Shown here in pieces: positions 31,083 through 32,000 of a stretch of 32,000 bases of DNA. Source of the stretch: Zygophlyctis sp. KS116 (Eukaryota > Fungi > Chytridiomycota); the NCBI GenBank assembly GCA_054661495.1, contig BAAFSQ010000059.1, positions 16,674 to 48,673 on the forward strand, read 5' to 3'. The notes below the pieces were generated by a model. That model saw only the letters and a list, made by a program, of their open reading frames with translations. It made no database searches and had not been told where the DNA came from. Numbering within the stretch: the first letter of the stretch is position 1; each line of letters opens with the position of its first letter. A program made the position numbers and the translations under genes.

Positions 31083-31929
31083 TTAAATCCTGCATTCTTT
31101 TGGAAGAGTAAAGTCTTCTTTTCCTCCTGATTTTGCATTCACTCCAAGTCCTCTAGCAGCAAAGCCACGCCACATATGACATGTACTTAATCCTCCAAAA
31201 TTCAATTTATCAGCTAGAATAATTGCATCTCTTGCATCGACAAATGTTGGATAGCAAGGTTGTAATTTTAATCCATCAACGACGTTCTGCATCATCATTT
31301 TGTTACCGTGCAAATTCTTCCTTTTCTTTGAGTGAGAGTGTTTGAACCAATCAAATGAAAAACCAAATTCATCAACCACGTTCCAGAAAACTTCATAGAG
31401 AATTTCAGCCCAGACTTCTCCTTTAGCATGAACTCTAACATAAGATTTCAGTTAATAATTACCCCCAATATCCAGGCTTATTGATAAAAGCATAAGTTGA
31501 GGGATTGAGTTCAAAGTATGTTGAATACTATTGATTTAGTAAGTAAAGATTTCAAACCTTATATTTCCTTATCCCTCTTCCAGCAGAATATTCACCCATA
31601 GAAAAGTTGCTATATCTGCTATCACTCTCATTTATCCGTAGTATAGTAGCAAAGAAATCACCCCATCCTTCGCCCATTCCTAATAATATTATAAAAATTC
31701 AATTACCTCCAGATTCACCCCATCCAAGACATCCCACATTCATTGGACCTCCTATTTATAAAATCCTAAAATTCATACCCGTTAGTCTCGTAGAAATCCC
31801 ATGAGCATATTCATGTATCATAATCCCAGACCTTTGATTAGCACAGTATATCATTTACTCTAAATCACCATCATGTTTAGGTTGAACAACATCCCAAACA
31901 TACATTCTCATCCGTGGCCTTTGTCCATC
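31083..31929 (-). CDS. Fungalysin (M36 metallopeptidase), 3' part; 5' part lies outside the window or is interrupted
   Basis: [37 protein letters not shown] (HExxH), ESGGMGEGWGDFF, VHAKGEVWA, DGLKLQPCYPTFVDARDAI, WRGFAARGLG. Introns 31435-31462, 31528-31557, 31680-31706, 31752-31778, 31832-31858. Confidence 0.92.
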
Positions 31930-32000
31930 TGACTAAACCTTGAGCGAAGAGCCGATGCATGTACTTAAGAGATAAGAGGCAGACCCTAGCTTAGCCGCGT
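31930..32000. mobile_element. Possible terminus of an inserted element (or atypical long intron) interrupting fungalysin
   Basis: Abrupt switch to 50% GC (35/70 over 31931-32000). Fungalysin homology stops at DGQ, with an in-frame TAG two codons upstream. The segment begins TG (TGACTAAACC). Confidence 0.35.

Noticed and set aside
303-31804. Antisense or shifted ORFs in the track (303-506, 870-1061 first part, 2890-3090, 5849-6046, 7171-7356, 8288-8482, 8777-9037, 12037-12255, 17385-17597, 19472-19684, 19990-20238, 22219-22416, 24902-25129, 25318-25566, 25865-26197, 29305-29508, 29879-30067, 30058-30291, 30848-31138, 31607-31804)
   Set aside because: They overlap well-supported genes in another frame or strand and show no family motifs; these are shadow ORFs.
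1-32000. Stop-codon reassignment or mass pseudogenisation as the cause of fragmented ORFs
   Set aside because: Every break is repaired by a 24-32 nt GT..AG excision that restores conserved motifs, and genes end normally at TAA, TAG or TGA.
31930-32000. Group I intron (AAGGUUUAGUC resembles the S element)
   Set aside because: There is no room for P9 between the motif and the exon, and nuclear group I introns are essentially confined to rRNA genes.
1-32000. CRISPR arrays, rRNA, transposase/RT ORFs, biosynthetic gene cluster
   Set aside because: No regularly spaced repeats, rRNA-like tracts, mobile-element coding motifs or functionally coherent enzyme cluster were seen.

Overview
AT-rich, extremely gene-dense eukaryotic nuclear DNA, most likely from a zoosporic (chytrid-type) fungus. 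This is an inference from fungal-type genes (fungalysin M36, ATG22, LCB3-like phosphatase, Sip3/LAM-like lipid transfer protein) sitting alongside flagellar genes (DNAI4/WDR78, CCDC40). The fragmented ORF track is explained by splicing under the standard genetic code. I could place about 60 GT..AG introns by hand, essentially all 24-32 nt long, and these join the fragments into about 22 genes plus a 48-aa small ORF. Most notable: (1) the uniform micro-intron system; (2) an unannotated Gly/Asn/Pro-rich 48-aa microprotein ORF (13826-13972); (3) an intronless PPR-PIN nuclease-PPR trio; (4) a recurrent TGTCCGA element near gene starts; (5) a lone tRNA T-arm/B-box in a 39-bp divergent promoter; (6) an SCB-like CACGA cluster upstream of an Hst3/Hst4-type sirtuin; (7) 5-39 nt intergenic gaps; (8) an animal-type DDB2; (9) a 50%-GC insertion or atypical intron interrupting the fungalysin gene at the right edge. 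All intron and motif coordinates were read by eye and need RNA-seq confirmation.
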